A stretch of 64,000 nt of DNA. Origin: an uncultured delta proteobacterium (lineage in GTDB: Bacteria; Desulfobacterota; Binatia; Binatales; Binataceae). The first letter of the stretch is position 1; each line of letters starts with the position of its first letter. The position numbers and the translations under genes were made by a program. The notes beneath the pieces are model-generated. The model was not told where the DNA came from and did not search any database. It saw nothing but the letters and a program-made list of their open reading frames with translations. Below are positions 8,743 through 18,348 of the stretch, one piece after another. The DNA lies in contig CAVWMQ010000001.1 in the NCBI GenBank assembly GCA_963756155.1, positions 423,592 through 487,591 of the forward strand, given 5' to 3'.

Positions 8743-9795
8743 TTGAAGTTCGACATCTTTTACCAACTGCCGCAGGCTGATTCGCAGATCCCAGCGCGGC
8801 GCTATCGCGACCTGATCGACGAGGCGGTCGAGGCCGAGCGGCTCGGTTTCGATACCTTGTGGTTGGCCGAGGTCCATTTCGCGCCGCGCTTCTCGCTGAT
8901 GCCCGCGCCGCTGATGCTGCTCGCCGCGATCGCCGAGCGCACCACCCGCTTGCGCCTGGGGCTCGCGGTCAACCTGCTGCCGCTGCATCATCCGGTTCGC
9001 CTCGCGGAGGAAACCGCGATGCTCGATGTGATCTCTGGGGGTCGCGCGGAGTTCGGCGCCGGACGCGGCGCGTTTCCGCTCAACTATCGCGGTTACAACG
9101 TGCCGCTGGCCGAGAGCCGCGGGCGCTTCGAAGAAACGCTCGAGTTCGTGAAGCGCGCGTGGAGCGAGGAGCGCATCACTTTTCACGGCCGCCATCTCGA
9201 TATCAATGTCGACAACCTTGCGGTGATTCCGAAACCGGTGCAGAAGCCGTATCCGCCGATCCGTCTTGCCGCGAACAGCGCGGACACCTTCGAGTTCGCG
9301 GGCGCGCATGGTTACCGGATTTTCGCGGGAGGCCCCGTGAACCCTATCCCGGTGCTGGGCGAGCGGCTTCAGATCTACGAGCGCGCGCTGAAGGAATCCG
9401 GCGCCGCGCGTCCCGAAGATTGGCTCGCAGGTCTCCTGATGGTTTCGGTAGGACGCGATCGCGCGTCGGTGCGCGCGGCGATCGAGCCGAGCCTGCGCAA
9501 CTATTTCAATTCGGTCAGCGAGACTATCGAACCCGAGAGCCTGGCGCCGGCGGTCAAGGCGGAGTTCGAAAAAGTGCAGACGCGGCTCAAGACGATCCAG
9601 TACGAGACCGTCGATTCGATCATGGCGGCGTTCGGCGATGCCGGGTTTTGCGCAGACAAAGTTGCGGAGGTCATCGACCGCTTCAAATGCACCCGGATGG
9701 TCTGTTGGTTCGAGACCGGCGGCATGATCGGGCACGAAAATATTCTGGATTCGATGCGCCAGTTCTCTAATCGCGTGATGCCTCGGTTCGGGTGA
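8743..9795 (+). CDS. LLM-class (luciferase-like) flavin/F420-dependent oxidoreductase
   Basis: MKFDIFYQLP…LGFDTLWLAEVHF…LAANSADTFEFAG pattern of the luciferase-like monooxygenase TIM barrel. Confidence 0.8.
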   Translation: MKFDIFYQLPQADSQIPARRYRDLIDEAVEAERLGFDTLWLAEVHFAPRFSLMPAPLMLLAAIAERTTRLRLGLAVNLLPLHHPVRLAEETAMLDVISGGRAEFGAGRGAFPLNYRGYNVPLAESRGRFEETLEFVKRAWSEERITFHGRHLDINVDNLAVIPKPVQKPYPPIRLAANSADTFEFAGAHGYRIFAGGPVNPIPVLGERLQIYERALKESGAARPEDWLAGLLMVSVGRDRASVRAAIEPSLRNYFNSVSETIEPESLAPAVKAEFEKVQTRLKTIQYETVDSIMAAFGDAGFCADKVAEVIDRFKCTRMVCWFETGGMIGHENILDSMRQFSNRVMPRFG

Positions 9796-9884
9796 ACGCG
9801 CGGCGCAGAGCAAATCGCCGGCGGGCAATCGGCGGCGGGGGAATCGGGCTCTGAATTGCGCGCGCGCGAGGGCGGCCTGATCGC

Positions 9885-11651
9885 TCAGGCGCGCGCGGGC
9901 AGCGAAGGTCCGCTGCTGCCGACGGCGCGCAGGATGTCAGTCTTGGTGACGATCCCCTGAAGAGCACCGTCGTCCGAGGTGACCAGCAGCATCTGCGGAC
10001 CGCCCTCGCGCGTGAGCAACCGCAACGCCTCGGTGAGATCGGAATCCTCGCGCATGCGAACCGCGTCGCGGTCGGTGAGGTCGTTGACTTTGGAGGTGTC
10101 CCAATTCTCGGGCGCGACGGTGCTGAGTCTCGACACCGAGATAGTTCCAGCGACGGTGCTCTGATCGTAGACCGGAAAAATATTGTGGCGATGGTGCGCG
10201 GCAACGCTCTGCGCGAATTCACGGAGCGTCGCATCGCCCTGCACTGATACCACCCGGCGCTGCATCACGTCCCGCACCATCATGCCGGCAAGATCCGCGA
10301 GCTTCGCGGTTTCGTGCAGATGCTGATCGCCGGAGACGGAGGCTTCGCCCGAGATCGCATAAGCGACCGCGGCGCCAATCAGGCTCGGGATGATGTAGGA
10401 ATGGCCGCCGGTGGTTTCGGCGACGAACACCACCGCGGTCAGCGGCGTCTTGTAGCCGGCCGCGATGAACGCCGCCATCCCGACCGCGGCATACAAATCG
10501 AATGCGGGAGTGTGGACGACCGATTGCGCATACGCGCTGCCGATCGCGCCGCCCACCAGCAGCAGCGGCACGAACATCGCGCTCACGCCGCCGGAGCCGA
10601 GCGAGCAGATCGTCGCGACCATCTTGAGCGCCGCGAACACCAGCAGCATCTGCGACGGATGCGGGTCGCTCAGCACGTAGCGCACCGCTTCGTAGTTGGG
10701 GCCGATCGGAATCAGCCCTCCATGATAGATGCTCACGAACAGCAGACCGCATAGCCCCGTGCCGAGACCGCCGGCCATCAGCTTGATCGTATGCGGCATG
10801 TCTGCGGTAAGAAAAAATCTGCGCACGCGGCGAAAAGTGATGTCGTAAACGAGTGCGATGAGGCCGATGCCCGCGCCGAGCAGCGCCGACCAGATCAAAT
10901 CGACATCCTTGAAGGTCGTGCTGCCGGCAAAGCCGAACAGCGGCTCCGCACCCACGATCGCGACCAGCGTAGCGTACGAAACCACCGACGCGATCAGCGA
11001 GGGCAGCAGCGCCTCGTGGGCGAGGTCGTCCTTGTAGGGCATCTCGAGCGCGAAGACCAGGCCGGTGAGCGGCGCGCGAAACACTGCGGCCATCCCGGCT
11101 CCCGCGCCGCTGATCAGCATGATGCGGCGATCGCGCAGCTCGAGGCCGAAGCGCCGCAGCCGCGTCCATAGCCACGATCCGATCGCGCCGCCGCCGTAGA
11201 TGCTCGGGCCCTCGAGCGCCGCACTGCCGCCAGAGCCGACCGTCGTCACCGCGGCCAGCAGCTTCCACCAGAATGGATGTACGTTAATGTCGCCCTGATG
11301 CTCGTGATAGGAGCGGATGATCTCCTCGGTCGAGTGCTCGTCGGGATCGGGTGTGCGGTACTGCATGATCAGCCCGGTGATCAGAAATCCGATCACCAGT
11401 CCCGGGACGATCGTCCAGTGATGCGCGAGGTAGAACGGCAGCACCCGAGGCCAGATCAGGCGCAGGATCAGCACCGTGATTCCGGTGATCACCAGGCCCG
11501 TGACGACTCCGATGATCGGGGCGACGAGCAGCCACTTTTGGATGTCGCGCGAGTAGGTCTCGGTCAGGTCTTCGTTGACCAGCGCGGTATATTTGCGCAG
11601 CCTCGGATGGCTGAGCAGCCTGGACTCGAAGACCCTCGTAAGCAAGCCCAC
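9885..11651 (-). CDS. ClC-family chloride/anion channel with C-terminal tandem CBS domains
   Basis: ClC motifs (GSGGSAALEGPS, FRAPLTGLVFALEM, many TM helices). C-terminal roughly 150 aa carry two CBS-like repeats. Confidence 0.8.
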   Translation of the reverse strand: MGLLTRVFESRLLSHPRLRKYTALVNEDLTETYSRDIQKWLLVAPIIGVVTGLVITGITVLILRLIWPRVLPFYLAHHWTIVPGLVIGFLITGLIMQYRTPDPDEHSTEEIIRSYHEHQGDINVHPFWWKLLAAVTTVGSGGSAALEGPSIYGGGAIGSWLWTRLRRFGLELRDRRIMLISGAGAGMAAVFRAPLTGLVFALEMPYKDDLAHEALLPSLIASVVSYATLVAIVGAEPLFGFAGSTTFKDVDLIWSALLGAGIGLIALVYDITFRRVRRFFLTADMPHTIKLMAGGLGTGLCGLLFVSIYHGGLIPIGPNYEAVRYVLSDPHPSQMLLVFAALKMVATICSLGSGGVSAMFVPLLLVGGAIGSAYAQSVVHTPAFDLYAAVGMAAFIAAGYKTPLTAVVFVAETTGGHSYIIPSLIGAAVAYAISGEASVSGDQHLHETAKLADLAGMMVRDVMQRRVVSVQGDATLREFAQSVAAHHRHNIFPVYDQSTVAGTISVSRLSTVAPENWDTSKVNDLTDRDAVRMREDSDLTEALRLLTREGGPQMLLVTSDDGALQGIVTKTDILRAVGSSGPSLPARA

Positions 11652-12088
11652 GCGATGGATCCTCCTCCCCCGGAGTGATTTTTTAATCTATCTCATCCGA
11701 ATGAGATTTTCGGCATCGACGGCCGCGCTTGTTCCTACCTGATACAAGTAGCGGACACCTGTGTTGCACTTCTGCTACATGGCCGCTCATTTTTGATCCG
11801 CTCGGATTTTCGAATCTGATAGCGCGGCGATGGAAAGGCGAGGCAACGACTAACAACATGAGAGTAATCCAACTTCGGGAGTCCACGCGTCGTTACGCAC
11901 TCTTGAGGAGTCATTAGCCGTGACAAGAGATGCTCCTGCACAGTGTATCTAGAAGGTTGCAATCTCTACCTTGTGGTGGCACGGCAATTGGATTGATGAG
12001 TGGAACTGGAGATGTTTGTCGCGGGTTTAGTCATCGTCATGAGGCATGAAACTTCGGTGACCCGAATTCGTCAAATCTTCATCACGTT

Positions 12089-12553
12089 ATGAGTATCGAA
12101 GACGAGAATCAGGAATCGACTAATCCGTGCGTGCGGATTTTTCTGGTCGAGGATAACCCCGATCACGTCTTCATCGCCTTGACTGTGATTCGGCAGGTTC
12201 TCGGCGACGGAATCGAGATGCTGCACGCGCAAAACGCTGGCGAGGCGCTCGACATGATCGGCCAATTCACCGAGCACGATCGCCCGGACCTCTTCCTGGT
12301 CGACTTGCGCCTGCCTGACAACGGCGGATTCTCGGTGCTGTCCGCCGCGCGCTCGAGCGAAGCCTGCGAGGGCGTCCCGATGTTCGTGATCACGAGCTCG
12401 ATGTTCGATCGCGACATCGCCGAGAGCTACGCCTTGGGTGCATCTGCGGTACTGTCCAAACCGCTCTCGCGCGCGCGGCTTCGCGAGGAGCTGGTAAGAA
12501 TCGGCGCGCTGCCGCTCAGCGCTAAGCCCCTCAACCCCACCTACCGGCAGTAG
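12089..12553 (+). CDS. Stand-alone response regulator receiver domain (CheY-like)
   Basis: IFLVEDNPDH…DLFLVDLRLPDNGG…PMFVITSS…ASAVLSKP receiver-domain pattern (acid pocket, phospho-Asp, conserved T/S and K). No output domain. Confidence 0.8.
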   Translation: MSIEDENQESTNPCVRIFLVEDNPDHVFIALTVIRQVLGDGIEMLHAQNAGEALDMIGQFTEHDRPDLFLVDLRLPDNGGFSVLSAARSSEACEGVPMFVITSSMFDRDIAESYALGASAVLSKPLSRARLREELVRIGALPLSAKPLNPTYRQ

Positions 12554-12733
12554 TCATCGCAATTCGACGGCCAGTTGAGCTTCGTCGCGAGTCGACTCCG
12601 CGCGATCGCCACCGTTCGTTCGTCAATCAACCTGAATTTCGTTAGCCACGTCACCCGCACGCTTGACGCTCGCGGCACGACGTAGGAATCTCGCTTCAGG
12701 ACACGGCGCATCTGGCGCATTCGAGGAGCGACT

Positions 12734-13975
12734 GTGAAGCCCCATACGTTCGACAACAGCAACGCGCTTTTTGAGCGCGCCAAAAAAGTAATACCCGGCG
12801 GAATTTATGGGCATCAGACGCCCTTGATGCTGACCAGAGGCGCGTTCCCGTCGTTCTTCGCGCGTGGCGACGGCTCCCACATCTGGGACGTCGATGGCAA
12901 CGAGTACATCGACTACATGTGCTCCTACGGTCCGATCGTGCTCGGCCATCGCCATCCCAAGGTCGAAGAAGCGGCGCGCCGTCAGGCCGAGTTGGGCAAC
13001 TGCTTCAATGCGCCCGGCCCTATCTGGGTCGAGCTCGCGGAGTACCTGGTTTCAATCACGCCATTCGCCGACTGGGTGGTCTATGCGAAGAACGGCTCCG
13101 ACGTATGTACCTGGGCGGTCGAGGTCGCGCGTCAGGCGACCGGGCGCCCAAAGATCGCGATGTGCACCGGCGCGTATCACGGCACGCACGCGTGGTGCAC
13201 GCCATTACCCGGCGGCGTCACGCCCGAGGATCGCGCGAACATCGCGTACTTCCGCTTCAACGATCTCGAAAGCCTGCGCCGCGTTGCCGAAGAAAATCGC
13301 GGCCAGCTTGCGGGCGTGATCATTTCACCGTTCAAGCACGACGCGGGACACGACTCCGAGCTTCCGGTCGAGGGATTTTTCAGTGGCGTGCGCAAACTCT
13401 GCGACGACTACGCAATGGTCTTCATCCTCGACGACGTCCGCGCGGGATTCCGGATCAATCTCGGCGGCTCGGGCGAGTCCTTCGGCGTGAAGCCCGACCT
13501 GTCGACCTACTGCAAAGCGATCGCCAACGGATATCCGCTCGCCGCATGCCTCGGCCGCGACAGCCTCAAGCAAGCCGCGCAGGAAGTTTTCTTTACCGGA
13601 TCATACTTCACCAGCGCGGTGCCGATGGCGGCGAGCCTGGCCTCTATCAAGGAGCTCGCCGCCTCTGACGGTATCGAGCGGATGCGCGCTCTCGGCGAGA
13701 AGCTGCGTGCCGGGATGCTCGCTCAGGCGCGCGACGCGGGACTCGAGGTCACCTACTCGGGGCCACCCGCGATGCCATACATGACGTTCAAGGACGATCA
13801 TGAGCGCTTCGATCGCGCCAAGCTGTTCGCCGGCGAGTGCTCGCTCCACGGCGTCTACCTCGCGCCGCGACATAACTGGTTTCTGTCGGCGGCGCATACC
13901 GAGAGCGACATCGCGCACACGCTCGAGGTTACCCACGATGCGTTCGCGGCGGTGCGCAAGCAGTTCGCCGCGTAA
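12734..13975 (+). CDS. Class-III (PLP-dependent) aminotransferase, glutamate-1-semialdehyde aminomutase-like
   Basis: IPGGIYGHQ…GSHIWDVDGNEYIDYMCSYGPIVLGHRHP…CTGAYHG…ILDDVRAGFR motifs of the class-III aminotransferase fold. GTG start with an upstream GAGGAG. Confidence 0.8.
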   Translation: MKPHTFDNSNALFERAKKVIPGGIYGHQTPLMLTRGAFPSFFARGDGSHIWDVDGNEYIDYMCSYGPIVLGHRHPKVEEAARRQAELGNCFNAPGPIWVELAEYLVSITPFADWVVYAKNGSDVCTWAVEVARQATGRPKIAMCTGAYHGTHAWCTPLPGGVTPEDRANIAYFRFNDLESLRRVAEENRGQLAGVIISPFKHDAGHDSELPVEGFFSGVRKLCDDYAMVFILDDVRAGFRINLGGSGESFGVKPDLSTYCKAIANGYPLAACLGRDSLKQAAQEVFFTGSYFTSAVPMAASLASIKELAASDGIERMRALGEKLRAGMLAQARDAGLEVTYSGPPAMPYMTFKDDHERFDRAKLFAGECSLHGVYLAPRHNWFLSAAHTESDIAHTLEVTHDAFAAVRKQFAA

Positions 13976-13999
13976 CCCGTGCGCCGGGCGAGCTCGCGC

Positions 14000-15407
14000 C
14001 TAAATCTCAGGCCACTTGTCGTTCCACGGGCGCGCTTGCTCGTACGCATACGACGCCTGCAGGACCAGATCTTCGCGATAGCGCTCGGCGACGATCTGCA
14101 AGCCGCACGGCAGTCCCGCGTCGGTGAATCCCGCGCGGACCGACGCCGCCGGATGCCCACTCATGTTGAACGGATGAGTGAACACGACCGTCCCCATCAC
14201 GTCGACCGGGATGCCGTTGATCTCGCTCGGATGCGGTCCTTTGGCAGGGAACGCTTCGATCGGCAGCGTCGGCGTCAACAGTAGGTCGAAGTGTCCGAAC
14301 ACGCGCTCGCACCATTGATTGAACTGCGCGCGCTCGCGGTAGGCCGCGCCGTAATGCTTCCAGGTTATGTTCGATGCGGCCTCGACGCCGCTCAGGTAGG
14401 CGCGGCCGAAGTCCTCGCGATGCTTTTCGATCCAGTCGTGCAGCGTCGCCAGCGCCTGGGTGCCTCCGACTCGTTGCCACGCGCGCGAGAGATCGACGGG
14501 CGTGTCGTCGAGCACCGTGATCTCGTGCCCCATGTCCTTGAACGCGCCGACTGCTTTCTCTACTTCGCGCGCGACGTCGTGCTGGACGATGCGGCCGAAG
14601 TGGGGATGAAACGCGATGCGCAGCTTCTTCGGCATCCGCTCGAGATTCGCGGCGTATGAAATTTCAGGAGCCGGGATCGAGTCAGGATCCGACGGATGGT
14701 AGCCGGCCGCCAGGTCGAGATGAATCGCGGCGTCTCGCACCGTGCGCGTCAGCGCGCCCAGCACCGAAGTGTCGTTCCATTGTTGCATTCCGAGCGACGG
14801 GCCGTCGGGAATTCGGCCCTTGGTCACCTTGAGCCCGTAGCATCCGACGAAGTGCGCGGGGATTCGGATCGAATCCGCCGCCATCGGAGCCGGTTGCCAG
14901 CGGTACGATGCCGCCCGCGATCGCCGCCGAGCTGCCGCCCGACGAACCGCCCGGGGTGCGCTCGAGGTTCCACGGATTGCGGGTCACGCCGAACAGCAGA
15001 TTCTTGGTGAAGTCGGTGTAGCCGAATTCGGGCGCGTTGGTCTTGCCCAGCACGATCGCGCCCGCCGCGCGCAGCCGCGCGACCTGCACCGAGTCCGCCG
15101 CGGGCAGGTTGTTGCGAAACGGTTTTGAGCCGAACGTCGTTGCGAGGCCGGCCGCGTCTTCGAGGTCCTTTACGCCGAGCGGTAGTCCGGCCAACGGGCC
15201 GAGCTCTTCGCGCCGCGCGATCTTTTCATCCATCGCGCGCGCCTCCGCCATCGCCTGCTCGGTGCGCAGCGCGCAGAATGCGTTGACCTTGGGATTGACC
15301 TGTTGGAGCCTGCGAATAGTCGCGTCCATCAGCTCGCTGGGCTTGAGCTCGCGGCGGCGAATCATCGCGGCGAGTTCGTGGGCGGGTTTCCACCATAGTT
15401 CGGCCAT
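14000..15407 (-). pseudogene. Amidase-signature family amidase interrupted by a +1 frameshift near 14873, inside the GGSSGGSxAA…GSDGGG|SIRIP catalytic signature
   Basis: Upstream ORF 14682..15407 reads …GGSSGGSSAAIAGGIVPLATGSDGGG then goes out of frame (FDPNPRAL…). ORF 14000..14884 resumes exactly with (M)AADSIRIPAHFVGCYG…. The junction sequence ggcggcggaTTcgatccg carries one extra T relative to the in-frame ggcggcggaTcgatccg. Sequencing error cannot be excluded. Confidence 0.75.
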
Positions 15408-15552
15408 CGCATTGACCTCGTGCGGGAGTTGGGGCTCGTCCGATTGCTACCTGCTATGTCCGGATACTTACTACGCGCGGACCGGATCGGGAAGCGCCGG
15501 GCTTGCGAGTTTGACACCCTAACATCCGTTAGATAGCGTTTGAGCTGACTCT

Positions 15553-16227
15553 ATGGCGGCGCGGAACAACAAGAGCAGTGCGCGCGCGAAGGTCGTCGAG
15601 TTCCGTCGCTCCAGCGACACCCGCGATCGCGTGCTGCATGTCGCGCAGGCGCTGTTCGCCGAGCGCGGCTACCGCGGCACCAGCCTGCGCGACATCGCGC
15701 GCCGAATCGGAATCAAGGCGCCCTCCCTGCTCCATCATTTTCCCTCCAAGCAGCAGCTCTACCTCGCCGTCCTCGATCGGATTTTCGAAGGCCTGCAGGA
15801 CGCTGCCAATGCGGTTGCGATGGGCCGTGGGAGCCGCCAGGACCGGATGCGCGAGGCCGTCGCCGGCGCCATCGACTTCATCGCCCGGCGCCCCGACTTC
15901 GTGCGCCTGATGTGGCAGGAGATGGCCGACGAGAGCGGAGTGGGGCGCCCGCTTCTGAAGCGGCGTGTGCCGCCGTTGTTCTCGATGGCGGTGAACTTCA
16001 TCTTCCGCGGACAGCGCGAAGGCGAGTTCCGTCCCGAGATCGAGCCGTTTCATTTTCTGATGAGCCTCAACTCGATCACCATCGGCTACTTCACCACTGC
16101 GGCGGCGGCGAAGAGACTGTGGAGCGTGAACCTGCTCGAACCCGCCGTGATCGAGCGCCGCAAGCAGGCGGTGATCGACATGGTCGAACGCACCTTGTTC
16201 CAGAGCGCACCCCCCGCCGAAAAATAG
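15553..16227 (+). CDS. TetR/AcrR-family transcriptional regulator
   Basis: TetR HTH signature RDRVLHVAQALFAERGYRGTSLRDIARRIGIKAPSLLHHFPSKQQLY. Confidence 0.85.
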   Translation: MAARNNKSSARAKVVEFRRSSDTRDRVLHVAQALFAERGYRGTSLRDIARRIGIKAPSLLHHFPSKQQLYLAVLDRIFEGLQDAANAVAMGRGSRQDRMREAVAGAIDFIARRPDFVRLMWQEMADESGVGRPLLKRRVPPLFSMAVNFIFRGQREGEFRPEIEPFHFLMSLNSITIGYFTTAAAAKRLWSVNLLEPAVIERRKQAVIDMVERTLFQSAPPAEK

Positions 16228-16283
16228 CGGCACATTTTGCTCGGCGACGCTCAATCAATTCCCTTGAAGGAGAACTCGCGTCG

Positions 16284-17477
16284 ATGAAACTGGGAACTTT
16301 TTATGAGCATCAGCTTCCGCGGCCGTGGACAGCCGGTTCGGAACTCAAGCTGTTCCAGGACGCGCTCGACCAGGTCGAGCTCGCCGACAAATTGGGCATC
16401 GATCATATGTGGGAAGTGGAGCATCACTTCCTGGAAGAGTACGCGCACTCCTCGGCGCCCGAGATTTTTCTCGCCGCCGCCAGTCAGCGCACCAAAAATA
16501 TCCGGCTCGGCCACGGCATCGTGCTGCTGCCGCCCAAGTACAACCATCCGGCGCGCGTCGCCGAGCGGATTGCGACGCTCGACCTGGTCAGCGGCGGGCG
16601 CGTCGAGTTCGGCACCGGCGAATCGTCGGCGGAGGCGGAGCTTGGCGGTTTCCTGATTCCGCGCGCCGACAAGCGCGACATGTGGCAGGAGTCGCTCGGC
16701 GCGATCGCGCGGATGATGGTCGAGGAGCCGTTCCAGGGAATCGAGGGCAAGTACTTCTCGATGCCGGTGCGCAACGTGGTGCCCAAGCCGGTCCAGAAGC
16801 CGCATCCGCCGCTATGGGTCGCCTGCTCGCGGCGCGAAACCATTCACCTCGCCGCCAAGCTCGGAATCGGCGCGCTGACTTTCGCATTCGTGTCGCCGGA
16901 AGAAGCCAAACAGTGGGTCGACGATTACTACACCACGCTCGCCAACGAGTGCGAGCCGGTCGGCTACGCGATCAACGCCAACATCGCGATCGTCACCGGC
17001 TTCATGTGCGACAACAACGAGGCGCGGGCGCGCGCGATGGGTGAGGAAGGCCTCAAGTTTTTTTCCTACGCGCTCGGCCATCACTACGCCTTTGGCCGTC
17101 ACGAGCCCGGCAAGACCAACATCTGGTCGTCGTTCAAAGACAGCCCGATCGCGATCCCGGGGCTCAACGGCGCCAACTCGTGCATCGGCACTCCGGATCA
17201 GATCCGCACGCGGCTTCGCGAGTACGAGGACGTCAGCGTCGACCAGGTCGTGTTCATCTCGCAGGCCGGCAACAACAAGCACGAGGACATCTGCGAGTCG
17301 CTGAACGCATTCGCCACCAGCGTGCTGCCCGAGTTCAAGGAACGTGAACCGAAGCGCGCCAAAGAGAAAGCGGAGCGCCTTGCCCCGATCCTCGAGCGCG
17401 CGATGAAGCGCAAGCCGGAGCCGAAGCTGCCCAAGTCCGACGGACCGACGGTGATCCAGGCCGGGATGCTGCCGTAG
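16284..17477 (+). CDS. LLM-class flavin/F420-dependent oxidoreductase (second copy in the window)
   Basis: MKLGTFYEHQLP…LGIDHMWEVEHHFLEEY…GHGIVLLP. ATG at 16284 is preceded by GAAGGAGAA, so it is preferred over the long listed ORF starting at 15912. Directly downstream of the TetR. Confidence 0.8.
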   Translation: MKLGTFYEHQLPRPWTAGSELKLFQDALDQVELADKLGIDHMWEVEHHFLEEYAHSSAPEIFLAAASQRTKNIRLGHGIVLLPPKYNHPARVAERIATLDLVSGGRVEFGTGESSAEAELGGFLIPRADKRDMWQESLGAIARMMVEEPFQGIEGKYFSMPVRNVVPKPVQKPHPPLWVACSRRETIHLAAKLGIGALTFAFVSPEEAKQWVDDYYTTLANECEPVGYAINANIAIVTGFMCDNNEARARAMGEEGLKFFSYALGHHYAFGRHEPGKTNIWSSFKDSPIAIPGLNGANSCIGTPDQIRTRLREYEDVSVDQVVFISQAGNNKHEDICESLNAFATSVLPEFKEREPKRAKEKAERLAPILERAMKRKPEPKLPKSDGPTVIQAGMLP

Positions 17478-17557
17478 CGAGCGGTCCGCCGCTCCTCTGA
17501 TCCGCCGCTCCAGGAGCGGCCGCTAGCGCTGTGATCGATCGTGAAGCGCGCGCCGCA

Positions 17558-18007
17558 CTATGGGCTCGGGAGGCGCGTCCAATTCACCGGGTAGCCTTTG
17601 CAGCTCCCCCGCACCGCCAGGATCTCGGTGAAGTGATTGGGGTCGGTGACCGTCATTACCACGTCGACCGTCGTCGCACTCAGCGAGCCGGCAACGCCGC
17701 ATAGCTGCTTGGCTCGAACCAGGTTGGGCACCGAGCGATCCCAGGTGCCGCGCCACACAACAGTGCCGGGATGCATCTCCGCATTCCCGGTTACCAGGGT
17801 CGCAACGTAGTTGATTCCCAGTACGTTGTTATTCAGGCCGATGACCACCTGGAGCGGCCCGTGCTTGTAAGTCGCGGACCAGTTTCCCACCAGCCCCTTC
17901 GCCAGGTTCGGCGGACCGCTCGGAGGCGGTGGCGGCGGAGGAGGCGGCGGCAGCGGGGTGATGGTCTCGGTGCACGACATCGCCGCGCACACGACAACCA
18001 CTGCCAC
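17558..18007 (-). CDS. Putative lipoprotein carrying an 11-residue polyproline tract
   Basis: N-terminus MAVVVVCAAMSC is lipobox-like. ITPLPPPPPPPPPPPSGPP is encoded by a ccg/cct/cca run around 17895-17945. Confidence 0.45.
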   Translation of the reverse strand: MAVVVVCAAMSCTETITPLPPPPPPPPPPSGPPNLAKGLVGNWSATYKHGPLQVVIGLNNNVLGINYVATLVTGNAEMHPGTVVWRGTWDRSVPNLVRAKQLCGVAGSLSATTVDVVMTVTDPNHFTEILAVRGSCKGYPVNWTRLPSP

Positions 18008-18348
18008 TATCGAGAGCAGGAATCTCGCGAACGGACGGCGCGATCATCGATTGCGCGAGTCGCTCGTGACTTCGGCGAGACTTCGAAAAATTCGGCAGAT
18101 CGCATGGCGCAAGAGCTTATGTGCGCCGCCCCAACTGTTCAAACGGGCAGGGGCAGGGATGACCCCTGCACTCACCTCCACACAAGAAGCCCGGCTCCGT
18201 TGTCGCCGGCAGAGAAAAGTGCGTCACATTCACAACCGCCCGAAACGCATCACAGGCGCATTCGATACAAGCTCTGACGTAATCGATCTCCGATAGCTGT
18301 GGCAGTCTGCCGCGTGTTGTACACTGCGCGCGGAGGCAAAGGACGCGC

